The translations under genes and the position numbers were made by a program. Source: Candidatus Babeliales bacterium (GTDB lineage Bacteria; Babelota; Babeliae; Babelales; UASB340). From it: DNA of 64,000 bases. The notes beneath the pieces were generated by a model. It was not told where the DNA came from. It made no database searches and saw only the letters and a list, made by a program, of their open reading frames with translations. Location: positions 36,044 through 100,043 of the forward strand of contig JBAZLD010000004.1 in assembly GCA_041650475.1 (NCBI GenBank), written 5' to 3'. The first letter of the stretch is position 1; every line of letters starts with the position of its first letter. This document shows positions 27,916 through 38,541 of the stretch, piece by piece.

Positions 27916-29907
27916 ATGATTTATATTTTTAGAAAAGAAATGAAAAAATGGCACTCAGTTTTGTGGTTGGTTTTAGTAGCTATAGCATTAACTGCTGGTG
28001 TTGGAATGTTCACAAGAAGGCCCGGTGCATCTGATGCTATCATAGCAATAGTTAATGGCCAAAAAATTTCGATGAAAACATATCGTCAGGCTTTAAGTGA
28101 AATAAATATGCAAATAGAGATGTATAGGACATATGCAAAAATGTATGGAATCCCTGCAGAAATGTTTTTGAATATGGCTGGCCTAAATAATCCTGACAAA
28201 GCGGCTTTTGATCAATGTGTAAGAAATTCTTTAATAGATCAAGAAGCAGATATATTTAATATTAAGCTTGATTCCGAATATGTTGCTCAAGAAATAGCAA
28301 AAGCTTTGCCACCACAAGTTAAGGATGTTCAAGGAAATCTTGATCTTCAAGCTTATAGATTTTATTTGAGCCGTATTGGCACAACTATTACTGATTTTGA
28401 ACAAAGCATTGAGAAATCTATAGAAAGATCGATATTTGAAAATTTTGTAAAAGAATCTTCTTATGTTACTTTAAATTCTCTTAAAAATTTATTTATGCAA
28501 GAGCAATTGAAAAAGAGTTTTGAAATTTTAGAGCTTGATTTTGATTCTTTTTTAAAAGAGGTTAAAGACCAAAAAATTGATCCAAGCTCGCTTAAAAAGT
28601 TTTTTGCAGATCATAAAGAAGAATATAGAGTTCCTGAAAAACGTAAAATATATTATCTAATTATTTCTCCAACAAAATACGCAGAAAAAATAGATGTTGA
28701 TGAACAAATGATTGAAGACTTTTATGAAAGAAATAAAAGTTCTTTATTTAGAGTTCCACCAAAGGCAAAAGTTAGACACATTTTGTTAAAATTTAAAGAA
28801 AATGCTGCTCCTGAAGAAATAGAAAAGATCCTTGAAAGCGCAAAGGATATTCATAATCAGGTTGCAAAGGTTCCTGAAAAATTTATAGACTTTGTAAAAA
28901 AATATTCTCAAGATAAAGATGCATCAAAAGGCGGTTTAATAGATTTTTTTGAAAAAGGTACATATGAACCTGGATTTGAAAAAATGGCACTAAGTTTAAA
29001 GGAACCAGGAGAAATTTCAGATTTAGTTAAAACAGTTAATGGTTACGAAATAATTCAATTGGTTGAACGTAAATCTGCATATGAAAAACCTATGGAAACC
29101 GTAAAAGATGAAATAGTGAAAACTATAAAATCTAAAAAATCTTTAACAAATTTAAAGAGCGATTTGGAAAAAGTTTTATATAACACAAAAAAGGATAAAA
29201 CTGCTATAGAAAATTTTGCAAAAAATAATGATTTAAAATTTGAACAAACTGCTTTTTTAACAAAAGGGATTGTTTCTGAAAATAAATTGGAAAATATTTT
29301 GGCAGAAAAAGTTTTTACAGAAGGTAAAACTTCTAATATTCAGGGTTATTTTTCATATGAAAAAAATCAAATTTTATACCAACTATCAAAGGTTGAACCT
29401 AGTTTTATTCCTGAATTTGAAAAAATTGAAAATCAAGTATTAGCTGATTATTATAAAAATAAAGCTAAAAGTAAAATAAAAGCTGAAGCTAAAAAATTGC
29501 AATTGGATTTGATACAGAACAAGACATCTATAGAAAGTCTTGCAAAAACTTTAAACTTTAAATTTATCCAGACCGAAATGTTAAAGAAACATGATAAAGA
29601 GGGTATTAAAAAATTAAATTTAGAAGAAAATTTGATTGAAAGAGCTTTTATTTTAGATGATCTAAAAGAAGTTTTAAGATTTAAGGGCGATTTAAATATC
29701 TATCTTGTAAAATTAAGAAATGTAGAAAAATTTGAATTGAATGATTTTGAAAATGCAAAAAGTAATTTATTACAAGCAGAAAAAATGCAAATTAAAAATC
29801 AGTATTTAGAAAGCTTTATTGCATCTTTAAGGAGAAATGCTAAAATAGAAAAAGTTCAAAAAATGCTGAATGTGAATAATCGTATAGAAGATATTGAAAT
29901 AGATTAG
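27916..29907 (+). CDS. ppiD: PpiD/SurA-like periplasmic chaperone with parvulin PPIase domain
   Basis: N-terminal TM anchor and a parvulin-like segment (KVRHILLKF...GGLIDFFEKGTYEPGFEKMALSL...GYEIIQL). The ATG at 27916 is preferred over the TTG at 27913. Confidence 0.65.
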   Translation: MIYIFRKEMKKWHSVLWLVLVAIALTAGVGMFTRRPGASDAIIAIVNGQKISMKTYRQALSEINMQIEMYRTYAKMYGIPAEMFLNMAGLNNPDKAAFDQCVRNSLIDQEADIFNIKLDSEYVAQEIAKALPPQVKDVQGNLDLQAYRFYLSRIGTTITDFEQSIEKSIERSIFENFVKESSYVTLNSLKNLFMQEQLKKSFEILELDFDSFLKEVKDQKIDPSSLKKFFADHKEEYRVPEKRKIYYLIISPTKYAEKIDVDEQMIEDFYERNKSSLFRVPPKAKVRHILLKFKENAAPEEIEKILESAKDIHNQVAKVPEKFIDFVKKYSQDKDASKGGLIDFFEKGTYEPGFEKMALSLKEPGEISDLVKTVNGYEIIQLVERKSAYEKPMETVKDEIVKTIKSKKSLTNLKSDLEKVLYNTKKDKTAIENFAKNNDLKFEQTAFLTKGIVSENKLENILAEKVFTEGKTSNIQGYFSYEKNQILYQLSKVEPSFIPEFEKIENQVLADYYKNKAKSKIKAEAKKLQLDLIQNKTSIESLAKTLNFKFIQTEMLKKHDKEGIKKLNLEENLIERAFILDDLKEVLRFKGDLNIYLVKLRNVEKFELNDFENAKSNLLQAEKMQIKNQYLESFIASLRRNAKIEKVQKMLNVNNRIEDIEID

Positions 29908-29946
29908 TTGATTAATTGGAATCTGAAATAGAAAGATAAATTTTAT

Positions 29947-30984
29947 ATGGCACAAAAAGTTAAAGAAACGGCAAATATTAGCAAAAATATAGAAGCTAAA
30001 AGGGCTGCTTTGGATGCCACTTTTGCACAAATAGATAAACAATTTGGTCATGGTTCTATAATGTTGATGGGACAGAAGGTTAGCGACACTGTAGATGTTG
30101 TTCCTACAGGATCTATATTATTAGATCAAGCTTTAGGTGTTGGTGGTTTGCCTCGCGGAAGAATAGTAGAGATTTATGGGCCTGAAGCATCAGGAAAAAC
30201 AACATTGACTTTGCATTCTATAGCTCAAGCTCAAAAAAAAGGTGGAACTTGTGCTTTTATTGATGCAGAACATGCTTTAGATCCTATTTATGCTTCTCAG
30301 ATTGGAATAAATATAAATGATTTGATTATTTCTCAACCTGATTATGGCGAACAGGCATTAGATATAGCCGAAATGTTAATTCGTTCTGGTGCCATTGATT
30401 TGTTAGTTATAGATTCTGTTGCAGCTTTAGTTCCAAAAGCAGAACTTGAAGGAGATATGGGTGATCAACATGTTGGTTTACAAGCTCGATTGATGTCTCA
30501 AGCTTTAAGAAAATTGACTGCCGTTGTACATAAATCTAAAACTGTTTTAATATTTATAAATCAGGTAAGGCATAAAATTGGTGGTATGCCTTTTGCAAAT
30601 AACGAAACAACTACTGGTGGTAATGCTTTGAAATTTTATTCATCAGTAAGATTGGAAGTTAGACGAATTGCAACTTTGAAAAAAGGAGAAAAACCTTTTG
30701 GAAATAAAGTTATGGTAAAGGTGGCAAAAAATAAAGTTGCTCCACCATTTAAAAAAGTTGAAATAGATCTTATTTTTGGACAGGGAATTTCTAAAGAACT
30801 TGAGCTACTTGATATAGCTGTTGAGCATGGAATTATAAAACAAGCTGGTTCTTGGTTTACCGTAAATGGTGAAAATTTTGCTCAAGGTAGAGATAATGCT
30901 TTTTTAAAGCTTAAATCTGATGAAAAGCTTTTTGAAAAAATTTTAGGGCAGGTTAATGAAAAATTACAAAAAGATCCTAAATGA
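29947..30984 (+). CDS. recA: Recombinase RecA
   Basis: [45 protein letters not shown]. Confidence 0.97.
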   Translation: MAQKVKETANISKNIEAKRAALDATFAQIDKQFGHGSIMLMGQKVSDTVDVVPTGSILLDQALGVGGLPRGRIVEIYGPEASGKTTLTLHSIAQAQKKGGTCAFIDAEHALDPIYASQIGININDLIISQPDYGEQALDIAEMLIRSGAIDLLVIDSVAALVPKAELEGDMGDQHVGLQARLMSQALRKLTAVVHKSKTVLIFINQVRHKIGGMPFANNETTTGGNALKFYSSVRLEVRRIATLKKGEKPFGNKVMVKVAKNKVAPPFKKVEIDLIFGQGISKELELLDIAVEHGIIKQAGSWFTVNGENFAQGRDNAFLKLKSDEKLFEKILGQVNEKLQKDPK

Positions 30985-31544
30985 AGGAAAGAGGAGTGAA
31001 TAAATTCAAAGATTTAAAAAAGACTCCTGGAGGTGACCATTTTGTTAATGAAGAAATTCGATATTTAAAAATACAGGTTATTGGTCAGGATGGAAGTAAT
31101 TTAGGTGTTCTTGCTAAACGAGAAGCTTTGGCTGCGGCAAGAGCGGCTGGTTTGGATCTTGTTCAAGTTGGTGAGAAAGAAGGTATAGGAATTGCCAAAA
31201 TAATGGATTTTGGTAAATTTTTATATACAAAGAAAAAACAGTTAAATGAAGCAAAGAAAAAACAAAAAGTTATACAAATTAAAGAAATAAAATTACGGCC
31301 TAATATTGCAGATCAGGATTACAAAACTAAACTTAATCATGCAATAGAGTTTTTAAAAGATGGCAAAAAGGTTAAATTCACTTTGCAATTTAGAGGACGT
31401 GAATTTATTATGATGAATGAATTGGGACAGCAATTCTTTGATAGGATAAATAAAGATTTACAAGATAGTAAATTGGGGACATTGATAGAAGAAAAAGAAC
31501 AAAGAGGAAAACCTTTTTGGTCTAAAATTTATTCATTAAAATAA
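30981..31544 (+). CDS. infC: Translation initiation factor IF-3
   Basis: [41 protein letters not shown]. The ATG overlaps the recA stop (ATGA). The true start is uncertain because infC often uses unusual start codons. Confidence 0.9.
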   Translation: MKERGVNKFKDLKKTPGGDHFVNEEIRYLKIQVIGQDGSNLGVLAKREALAAARAAGLDLVQVGEKEGIGIAKIMDFGKFLYTKKKQLNEAKKKQKVIQIKEIKLRPNIADQDYKTKLNHAIEFLKDGKKVKFTLQFRGREFIMMNELGQQFFDRINKDLQDSKLGTLIEEKEQRGKPFWSKIYSLK

Positions 31545-31569
31545 GTATTAAAATTTTCAAGGGTTAAAT

Positions 31570-31767
31570 ATGAAAAAAATGAAAACACACAGTTCTTCAA
31601 AAAAACGCTTTAAGGTTACTGCATCTGGAAAAGTAAAAAAAAGTAAAGCTTTTAATAGGCATCATGCTTGGGCCAAGTCTCCTAAAAAAATACGTGGACT
31701 CAGGCAGGCAGATTATCTTTTTGGTGCTGATGAAAAAAGAATTATAAAATTATTACCTTACGCATAA
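31570..31767 (+). CDS. rpmI: Ribosomal protein L35
   Basis: MKKMKTHSSSKKRFKVTASGKVK...; 65 aa. Confidence 0.95.
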   Translation: MKKMKTHSSSKKRFKVTASGKVKKSKAFNRHHAWAKSPKKIRGLRQADYLFGADEKRIIKLLPYA

Positions 31768-31877
31768 ATTATCGTTCGTATGGTTCGACCCGGTTTTGTT
31801 TTTTGAGCTATGACGGGTCGGTAGGCTTATTACTAAGTGGGTGGGTATTTAGCATTTAATATTGAAAGTATTTTAAA
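31768..31877 (+). promoter_or_regulatory. GC-rich structured spacer upstream of rplT (candidate autoregulatory leader)
   Basis: cgacccg (31786-31792) pairs with cgggtcg (31814-31820), enclosing a T-rich loop. There is a second small hairpin, cttattactaag. Composition is strongly atypical for an intergenic spacer here. Confidence 0.3.
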
Positions 31878-32225
31878 ATGAGCAGAATTAAACGTGGTGT
31901 TATAACAAAAAAAAGACATAAAAAAATTTTAAAACAAACTAAGGGCTATTGGGGTCAACGTAAAAATATAATAAGAAGAGCAAGCGAAACTCTTTTAAGA
32001 GCCATGCAGTTTGCTTTTATTGGAAGAAAATTAAAGAAAAGAGATTTTAGATCTTTATTTATTACTAGAATTAGTGCTGCTTGCAAATCAAATGGCATTA
32101 GTTATAGTAAATTTATGAAATCTTTAAAAGATCTTAATATTAATATTAATAGAAAAATGCTTAGTCAATTAGCTATTTTTGAGCCAAATGCCTTTACTCA
32201 ATTAGCTAATATGGCAAAAAAATAA
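31878..32225 (+). CDS. rplT: Ribosomal protein L20
   Basis: MSRIKRGVITKKRHKKILKQTKGYWG... Confidence 0.95.
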   Translation: MSRIKRGVITKKRHKKILKQTKGYWGQRKNIIRRASETLLRAMQFAFIGRKLKKRDFRSLFITRISAACKSNGISYSKFMKSLKDLNININRKMLSQLAIFEPNAFTQLANMAKK

Positions 32226-32338
32226 ATTTTCTTGAAAAACAACTTCTTATATTATTAATATTAATTTTGTTCATTAGTAAGTAAAACATAAAAGAAGTTG
32301 TAAGTGAAAATTGTTTGTGTGAAAAAAGGGATTGAAAA

Positions 32339-32599
32339 ATGAAGCAACTGAAAGAACTTGAAGAAAAAGTATTTTTTATAGTTCAAAAAAATAAAGAGTT
32401 GCAAGATTTAAATAATGTTTTAGTTTTGGAAAATAAAGAATTAAAAGAAAAATGTGAATCCATGCAAGCTGCTTTATCCGAAAAAAATAAAGGTTTTAAG
32501 GATATAGAAGCAGAAAAGGATGCAATTAAAAATTCTATAGACGAATTGATTAATACTATTGGGTCTTTTGAAAAATCATATGATAAGTCAGTAAGATGA
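32339..32599 (+). CDS. Coiled-coil protein (ZapB-like) upstream of zapA
   Basis: 86 aa, entirely heptad-like (LKELEEKV...LENKELKEKCESMQ). Has a 4-nt overlap with the next gene. Confidence 0.35.
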   Translation: MKQLKELEEKVFFIVQKNKELQDLNNVLVLENKELKEKCESMQAALSEKNKGFKDIEAEKDAIKNSIDELINTIGSFEKSYDKSVR

Positions 32600-32880
32600 T
32601 TTTTATGGAAAAAAAATGTTTAAAACAGATGGATATTACTATCCATAATAAAAATTTTTCTATAAATACTGATGAAAATGAAGAATTAATTTTTCAGGCT
32701 GCGAATTTGGTTGATTCGCTATTGAAAAATGTTTCAAATGAAATAAAAATCGAATCAAAAGATACACAATTAACGGTTTTAATTGCACTTCAGTTAGCTA
32801 CAAAATTGATAAAAAATCGCAAAATTTTAAAAATTTGGCAGATTAAAACTGAAAAATTGAGTAGCTTGATAAAGATTTAA
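32596..32880 (+). CDS. zapA: Cell-division protein ZapA-like
   Basis: ITIHNKNFSINTDENEELIFQAANLVDSLLKNV...LTVLIALQLA fits the ZapA pattern. The start could be the internal ATG at 32629. Confidence 0.55.
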   Translation: MIFMEKKCLKQMDITIHNKNFSINTDENEELIFQAANLVDSLLKNVSNEIKIESKDTQLTVLIALQLATKLIKNRKILKIWQIKTEKLSSLIKI

Positions 32881-33000
32881 TTTTTTATTTTATCAAAATT
32901 TAGTCATTTTCTATTCCTTCCTTTATTTTCATACAAAAAATATTTATAATAGTATATTGCTTATTAATTTAATAATAGAAAATAAAAACAGGAAAGAAAA

Positions 33001-34557
33001 ATGATAATATTTATAATTTTAGGTCTAATATTAGGGGTATTTATAGGTGCCTCTATCATACTGTTGTATTTTAAGTCTAAACAAGAACAGCTTTTTCAAG
33101 CAAAATTAACCGTTCAAAAATTGATTAAAAAAACAAAGGAAGATGTTGAACGAGAAAAAAAAGAAGCTTTAGCAAATTTAAAAAATGAACTTTTCAAGAA
33201 AAAAAGTGATTTTGATTTAGAAATTAAAAAATCTCGCATTGAGCAACAAAAAATTTTGAATAAATTTCAAAAAAAAGAAGATACTTTAGAACACAGAGAA
33301 GTTTTGCTTGATGAGCTCAGAAAAGAGCTTGGGCAAAAAGAAAGAGATTTATCAAGACGGTTAGATATAGTAGTAGCCGATGAGATAAAGTTGAAAAAAG
33401 TTTATGATGATCTTGTGGGCAAATTAGAGCGTTTAAGTGGTCTTAAAAGTGATGAAGCAAAAAGAATTCTTTTTGAATCTTTAGAAAAAGAAGTAGTTTT
33501 AGAAAATCAAAAATGGATTGCAAAAATAGAAGAAGAAACAAAAGTAGCTGCAAAAGAAAAAGTTGTTGATATTCTTTCTACTTGCATGCAAAGATATTTA
33601 TCTGACCAAGTAACTTTACATTCATCAAGTGTTATTCATCTTCCAAATGAAGAGATGAAAGGTCGAATTATTGGTAAAGAAGGAAGAAACATAAAAGCAT
33701 TAGAAATGGCTACTGGTATGGAATTTGTGATTGGTGATACTCCCGAAATTATTACTATTTCAGGTTTTAATCCGATAAGAAGAGAGGTTGCAAAAAGAGC
33801 TTTGAATAAATTAATACAAGATGGCCGAATTAATCCTACTAGAATTGAAGAGATAGTTGCAAGTTGTGAAGCTGAACTTGAAGCTAGCATAGAAGAGATA
33901 GGGCAACAAGCTGTTTTAGAGTTTGGTTTTAGAGGAATTAATGTAGAAATTGTAAAATTGTTGGGAAAATTACACTTTAGAACCAGTTTTACTCAAAACA
34001 ATTTAGTTCACAGCAAAGAAGTTGCTTATTTCGCTCGTATGATTGCTGCTGAATTAGGTTTAGATCAAAATTTGGCTGCAAGATGCGGTTTGCTGCATGA
34101 TATAGGAAAAGCGGTTTCTGCTGAAACGGATGGACCACACGCTGCAGTTGGCGCTGAATTGGCTAAAAAATATGGTGAGGATGCTATAGTTGTTAATGCA
34201 ATAGCAAGCCATCATGAAGAAGTAGCTCCCAAAAGTATATATGGTTTAATTACGCATATTGCAGATGCTATCTCTGCTTCTAGATTAGGAGCAAGACGTG
34301 AAACTCTTTCAACTTATATTAAAAGACTTGAACAACTTGAAGAAATTTCAAATGCCTTTGATGGGGTAAAAAAAGCTTATGCTTTGCAAGCCGGACGTGA
34401 AATTAGGGTTATAGTTGACGAAGTTTCTCTTGATGATGAAAAGGCGGCTATGCTAGCTAGAGAGATAGCTAAAAAAATTGAATCCACAGTCAATTTCCCT
34501 GGTCAAATAAAGGTAAATGTTATAAGAGAAAAAAGAATTACTGAGTATGCGAAATAA
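33001..34557 (+). CDS. rny: Ribonuclease Y
   Basis: N-terminal TM, coiled coil, KH domain (GRIIGKEGRNIKALE), HD domain (LLHDIGKA). Confidence 0.95.
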   Translation: MIIFIILGLILGVFIGASIILLYFKSKQEQLFQAKLTVQKLIKKTKEDVEREKKEALANLKNELFKKKSDFDLEIKKSRIEQQKILNKFQKKEDTLEHREVLLDELRKELGQKERDLSRRLDIVVADEIKLKKVYDDLVGKLERLSGLKSDEAKRILFESLEKEVVLENQKWIAKIEEETKVAAKEKVVDILSTCMQRYLSDQVTLHSSSVIHLPNEEMKGRIIGKEGRNIKALEMATGMEFVIGDTPEIITISGFNPIRREVAKRALNKLIQDGRINPTRIEEIVASCEAELEASIEEIGQQAVLEFGFRGINVEIVKLLGKLHFRTSFTQNNLVHSKEVAYFARMIAAELGLDQNLAARCGLLHDIGKAVSAETDGPHAAVGAELAKKYGEDAIVVNAIASHHEEVAPKSIYGLITHIADAISASRLGARRETLSTYIKRLEQLEEISNAFDGVKKAYALQAGREIRVIVDEVSLDDEKAAMLAREIAKKIESTVNFPGQIKVNVIREKRITEYAK

Positions 34558-34581
34558 ATAAAAATTTAAAAGGTTTATAAA

Positions 34582-35382
34582 ATGACAAAAACCTTACGTT
34601 TTATGTTTTTAGGAGATGTTGTCGGTATTTCGGGATTAAATGTTTTTCAAAAATTTGTTCCAAAATTAAAAGAACAATTTAAAATCGATGCCATTGTAGC
34701 GAATGGAGAAAATGCTGCTAAAAATGGCAAAGGTTTAACTGAAAAAATAATGGATTTTTTTAAACATAATGGTGTAAGCATTGTTACATCTGGAAATCAT
34801 ATTTGGCAACATAAAGATTTTTATACTTATCTTAATAATAATTCTGACGTTATAAGACCCGCTAATTTTCCACCCGGATGTCCAGGAAAAGGATATTCTT
34901 TTTTTGAAGTAGAAAATGTTCAGATTGCAGTTATAAATTTACAAGGTCGAGTTTTTATGCATGAAAATTTAGATTGTCCCTTTCGAACAATAGATTCAAT
35001 TTTGCCATTTTTACAATCTAAAGCGAAAATAATATTTGTAGATTTTCATGCAGAAGCCACCTCAGAAAAGGAAGCCTTGGGTTTTTATTTAGATGGCAGG
35101 GTTTCTGGAGTTTTGGGAACACATACACATGTTCAGACTGCAGATGAAAGAATTTTACCCAATTCAACTGCATATATTTCTGATTTAGGTTTTTGTGGTG
35201 CGCGTAATGGAATTTTGGGAACAACAAAGGATATAGTAATTAAAAGATTTTTAACTCAAATTCCAGTACATTTTGTTGTAGAAAAAGAGGGACCATGTGT
35301 CTTGAATGGTGTTTGGATAGAAGTGGATGCTGATTCTGGAAAGGCTTTAAAAATAGAACGAATAAATATTGTAGATGAATAA
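34582..35382 (+). CDS. ymdB: YmdB-family metallophosphoesterase (TIGR00282-like)
   Basis: FLGDVVG, ANGENAA, SGNHIW, DFHAEATSEK, GTHTHVQTADERIL. Lies directly downstream of rny, as in Bacillus. Confidence 0.9.
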   Translation: MTKTLRFMFLGDVVGISGLNVFQKFVPKLKEQFKIDAIVANGENAAKNGKGLTEKIMDFFKHNGVSIVTSGNHIWQHKDFYTYLNNNSDVIRPANFPPGCPGKGYSFFEVENVQIAVINLQGRVFMHENLDCPFRTIDSILPFLQSKAKIIFVDFHAEATSEKEALGFYLDGRVSGVLGTHTHVQTADERILPNSTAYISDLGFCGARNGILGTTKDIVIKRFLTQIPVHFVVEKEGPCVLNGVWIEVDADSGKALKIERINIVDE

Positions 35383-35404
35383 TTAAAAAATTCGTTCGCC
35401 CATT

Positions 35405-36430
35405 ATGTTGACTTTTTATATTTTAACGCGACTTTATAAAAGTTTTTTTTTCTATTTTGTTATTTTAATCTTTGTATTTTCTGTAAGTGATCTTTTTTTG
35501 AGATTATCTGTTATTACTTCTACCTTTTTGTTGCCTAAAATTGCAATTTTTTTGATACCGTTAATGGCTCAATTTGCTATTCCAATAGCATCTGCATTAT
35601 CTGTTGGAACTTTAATTGGCAATATGTACACAGAAGATGAGATTTTATTATTTTTTTATTTTTCTAAAGTAAAAACTGTTTTTTATAAGGCGATTACGTT
35701 TTTTTCTCTCTCTTTATTAATTTTTTATATACCAACTGTTTTTGTTTGGACGCCAAAAAGTTATCACAAAGGTAAAAAAATTATTTTAAATATTGCTAAA
35801 AAACAATTTTGGCAGTTAGAACCTAATAAGTTTCATGAAATTTTTTCTCGATTTCATATTTTTTTTAAAGAAAAAGAAAAAATTAATAAAAAACTTATTT
35901 TAAAAAAAATTTTACTTAATTTTCAAGATAAAAAAGGTGCTATTTTTATAGTTAATGCACAAAAAGGCTTTTTTGAAAAAGATTCTTTATTTTTATATAA
36001 TGGGGTAATACAAAATTTTGGTAAAGATAAAATTTATACTGCTGATTTTGAAAAAACAGATATTGATTTAAGACAATTTTTTGATCAAAAAAATCATGAT
36101 ATTGATAACAAACAGGTAAAATTTTTGTCTTTTGCAGAATTAAAAAATTATAATAAATCTGAAGCTGTAATAGAATTTCACAAAAGAATTTCTTTAATTA
36201 TTTGGCAATTTTTATTTCCATTTTTAGCTTTATTTGGGATTATGATTTTTGCACGAAAAAAAAGCAATCTCTTAATTAATGTATTTTTTGCCGGTTTTAT
36301 ATTTTTGCTTTCTTATATTACCACTAATTCTGCTCAGGCGTTGCATAATTATGGTGCAATTTCTTTTTTATTACTTTATTTTCCCCCAATATTATTATTT
36401 TTATTGCTTTTAGGGCTTAAAAAAAATTAA
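35405..36430 (+). CDS. LptF/LptG-family (YjgP/YjgQ) permease-like membrane protein
   Basis: Three N-terminal TMs, a soluble loop, and three C-terminal TMs in 341 aa. The call rests on topology and weak sequence resemblance only. Confidence 0.5.
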   Translation: MLTFYILTRLYKSFFFYFVILIFVFSVSDLFLRLSVITSTFLLPKIAIFLIPLMAQFAIPIASALSVGTLIGNMYTEDEILLFFYFSKVKTVFYKAITFFSLSLLIFYIPTVFVWTPKSYHKGKKIILNIAKKQFWQLEPNKFHEIFSRFHIFFKEKEKINKKLILKKILLNFQDKKGAIFIVNAQKGFFEKDSLFLYNGVIQNFGKDKIYTADFEKTDIDLRQFFDQKNHDIDNKQVKFLSFAELKNYNKSEAVIEFHKRISLIIWQFLFPFLALFGIMIFARKKSNLLINVFFAGFIFLLSYITTNSAQALHNYGAISFLLLYFPPILLFLLLLGLKKN

Positions 36431-36474
36431 AATATCTTAAGTGGCTGAGGATTTAGGAGAGGGAGGGGGGAGTA

Positions 36475-38541
36475 ATGAAAATTCCTTTATTAAGATATTT
36501 TTTAATTTTTGTATTTTTTAATTCTTGTATAAAAATTTCTGCTGATACCATAAGTAATATTTATGAGCAAAAAATTTTATCAATAGATAAATCTGAACTG
36601 GCAAAAATGAGTGAGGCTAAATTAGAATCACTTGGAATGAGCAAAGAAGAAACTTTATTAATATTACAGGAACCCCTTTTTTTTATAAGTAAAGATGACT
36701 TTCAAATTGCTTTTGGTGGCAATATCAATTTAGAATATTATTTTTATGATAATATGTATCTTTTGAATAAAAATATTCCGGATCAAGAGGGATATTTTAG
36801 GGAAGAAATTGATTTGACATTGGATTTAGTTTACGGTTATAAAAAATTTGGACACAGAGCTTTTCAATTATTTATTGATTTACAAAGCAAAGATAAATGG
36901 GGCTTTACTGGTGCATACAAAAATACTACAGCAACTCAATTATCAATAACTGATAATATAAATAGTGAAAGTATAAACTTGGGTTATCACGATCATAGGG
37001 ATTCACAAGTATTTCCTTGGTTCAAAGATGCTTGGATGCAATTTAGTTTTAATGCTATTTTTAATATGAAAAGTGATAAATTACAGTTTTTTAAAATGGG
37101 TTGGTTTCCCTTTTTTTTAGGAAATGGCATTGCTTTAGGGGATGCTTATAATCTTATTTTTGAAAATTTAACAAGATTTACATCGGGGGAAAATGCTTCA
37201 AGCCCTGGTATTAATATTTTTGGACAAATTGTTAAAGATAGACTTTTATATGATTTGTATTATACAAAATTTAAAGACAAAAGTACTTCTTTAGATACAA
37301 ATTATAATAATATTAAAAAAAATTTTCTTAACCATTCTCCATCAAGAGGTGTTGCAAAAGATGATGAACTTTGGGCTGCAAGATTACAATGGTTGGCTTT
37401 AGATAGTAAAAAATACGGGCAGTTATCTTTTGAACCTTATATTTTTTATAAAGAAGGTTCAGATTTATATACAGAGCAAGAGGGAGATAGTCGAGCTGGT
37501 CTGGGCACGTATGGTTTAGCTTTGGATTATACAAATAAGAGATTTAATTTTGGTGGAGAAATTGCATGCAATTTTGGTAAAGAAAAATTTTATGCTTTAG
37601 ATAAAAATAGTATTTTATTGCAAAGAGACAGTAATGGTTTTTTAAAAGAATACTATAGCAATGTTTATTTAAATTCTCCGGATCCTGGTAATAATGCTCC
37701 AGTTACTGATAACATTAAAACAGCAGCATATAATGAGGCAAATAAATTAACTAAATATCCTGCAACTTATCAAACTGTAGATGATCCAGCAAAGGTTCTT
37801 ACAAACGTTAACAGAATTAGACCTTTTTATAAAAATGATATTGGTGGTATGGCAGCAATTGCATATTGTACTTATAACGCAATTCCTAAGCAGTTAGATT
37901 TATCTTTAGAGTTTGGACACGCATCAGGAGATTATGATCCAACAAGCCAAGAAACAAATCATAAAGATAATAATTTTATAGGTGTCCACGAGTTATTTTT
38001 TGGAAAAAAAGTTTACAGTGTAATAATGTTGTCAGAAAGGGTTCTTTTAAAACCTACGCCATTAAGAAAGGGTCAAGTTGTAGATATAACAGATATTGTA
38101 AATTTTCAATCAGTTAATCAAAACAATAATTTTACTGATATTAATTATCTTGGCACTAATTTTAAATGGACACCAAAACTTTTAAAAAATAAATATTTTG
38201 AATTAGATGCAGATTTATTATTTTATTGGAATGATAAATCTTCTTATAAATATGATGCTGAACACCAAAAAGCATCTGAATTTCAAAAAGCTAGTAATTT
38301 TTTAGGCACAGAAATAAATTTTATAGCTAACTGTGAAATGTTAAAAAATTTATCTATAACAGGAATTATAGCCTTCTTTTTTCCCGGTAAATTTTTTAAA
38401 GATATGAAAGGTTTACCAGTTTATTCTTATCTTGATTATGATAATCCATTGTCTTTAATTAATCCTTCAAGACCTAATGAGTATTATTTAGGTGATAATA
38501 TGGCAACGTATGCAAATTTATCTTTGAGTTATAGATTTTAA
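36475..38541 (+). CDS. Large outer-membrane beta-barrel-like protein
   Basis: Signal peptide, alternating aromatic/Gly-rich segments, and a C-terminal LSLSYRF ending in Phe (OMP signature). The G-rich SD GGAGGGGGGAG lies just upstream. Confidence 0.5.
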   Translation: MKIPLLRYFLIFVFFNSCIKISADTISNIYEQKILSIDKSELAKMSEAKLESLGMSKEETLLILQEPLFFISKDDFQIAFGGNINLEYYFYDNMYLLNKNIPDQEGYFREEIDLTLDLVYGYKKFGHRAFQLFIDLQSKDKWGFTGAYKNTTATQLSITDNINSESINLGYHDHRDSQVFPWFKDAWMQFSFNAIFNMKSDKLQFFKMGWFPFFLGNGIALGDAYNLIFENLTRFTSGENASSPGINIFGQIVKDRLLYDLYYTKFKDKSTSLDTNYNNIKKNFLNHSPSRGVAKDDELWAARLQWLALDSKKYGQLSFEPYIFYKEGSDLYTEQEGDSRAGLGTYGLALDYTNKRFNFGGEIACNFGKEKFYALDKNSILLQRDSNGFLKEYYSNVYLNSPDPGNNAPVTDNIKTAAYNEANKLTKYPATYQTVDDPAKVLTNVNRIRPFYKNDIGGMAAIAYCTYNAIPKQLDLSLEFGHASGDYDPTSQETNHKDNNFIGVHELFFGKKVYSVIMLSERVLLKPTPLRKGQVVDITDIVNFQSVNQNNNFTDINYLGTNFKWTPKLLKNKYFELDADLLFYWNDKSSYKYDAEHQKASEFQKASNFLGTEINFIANCEMLKNLSITGIIAFFFPGKFFKDMKGLPVYSYLDYDNPLSLINPSRPNEYYLGDNMATYANLSLSYRF

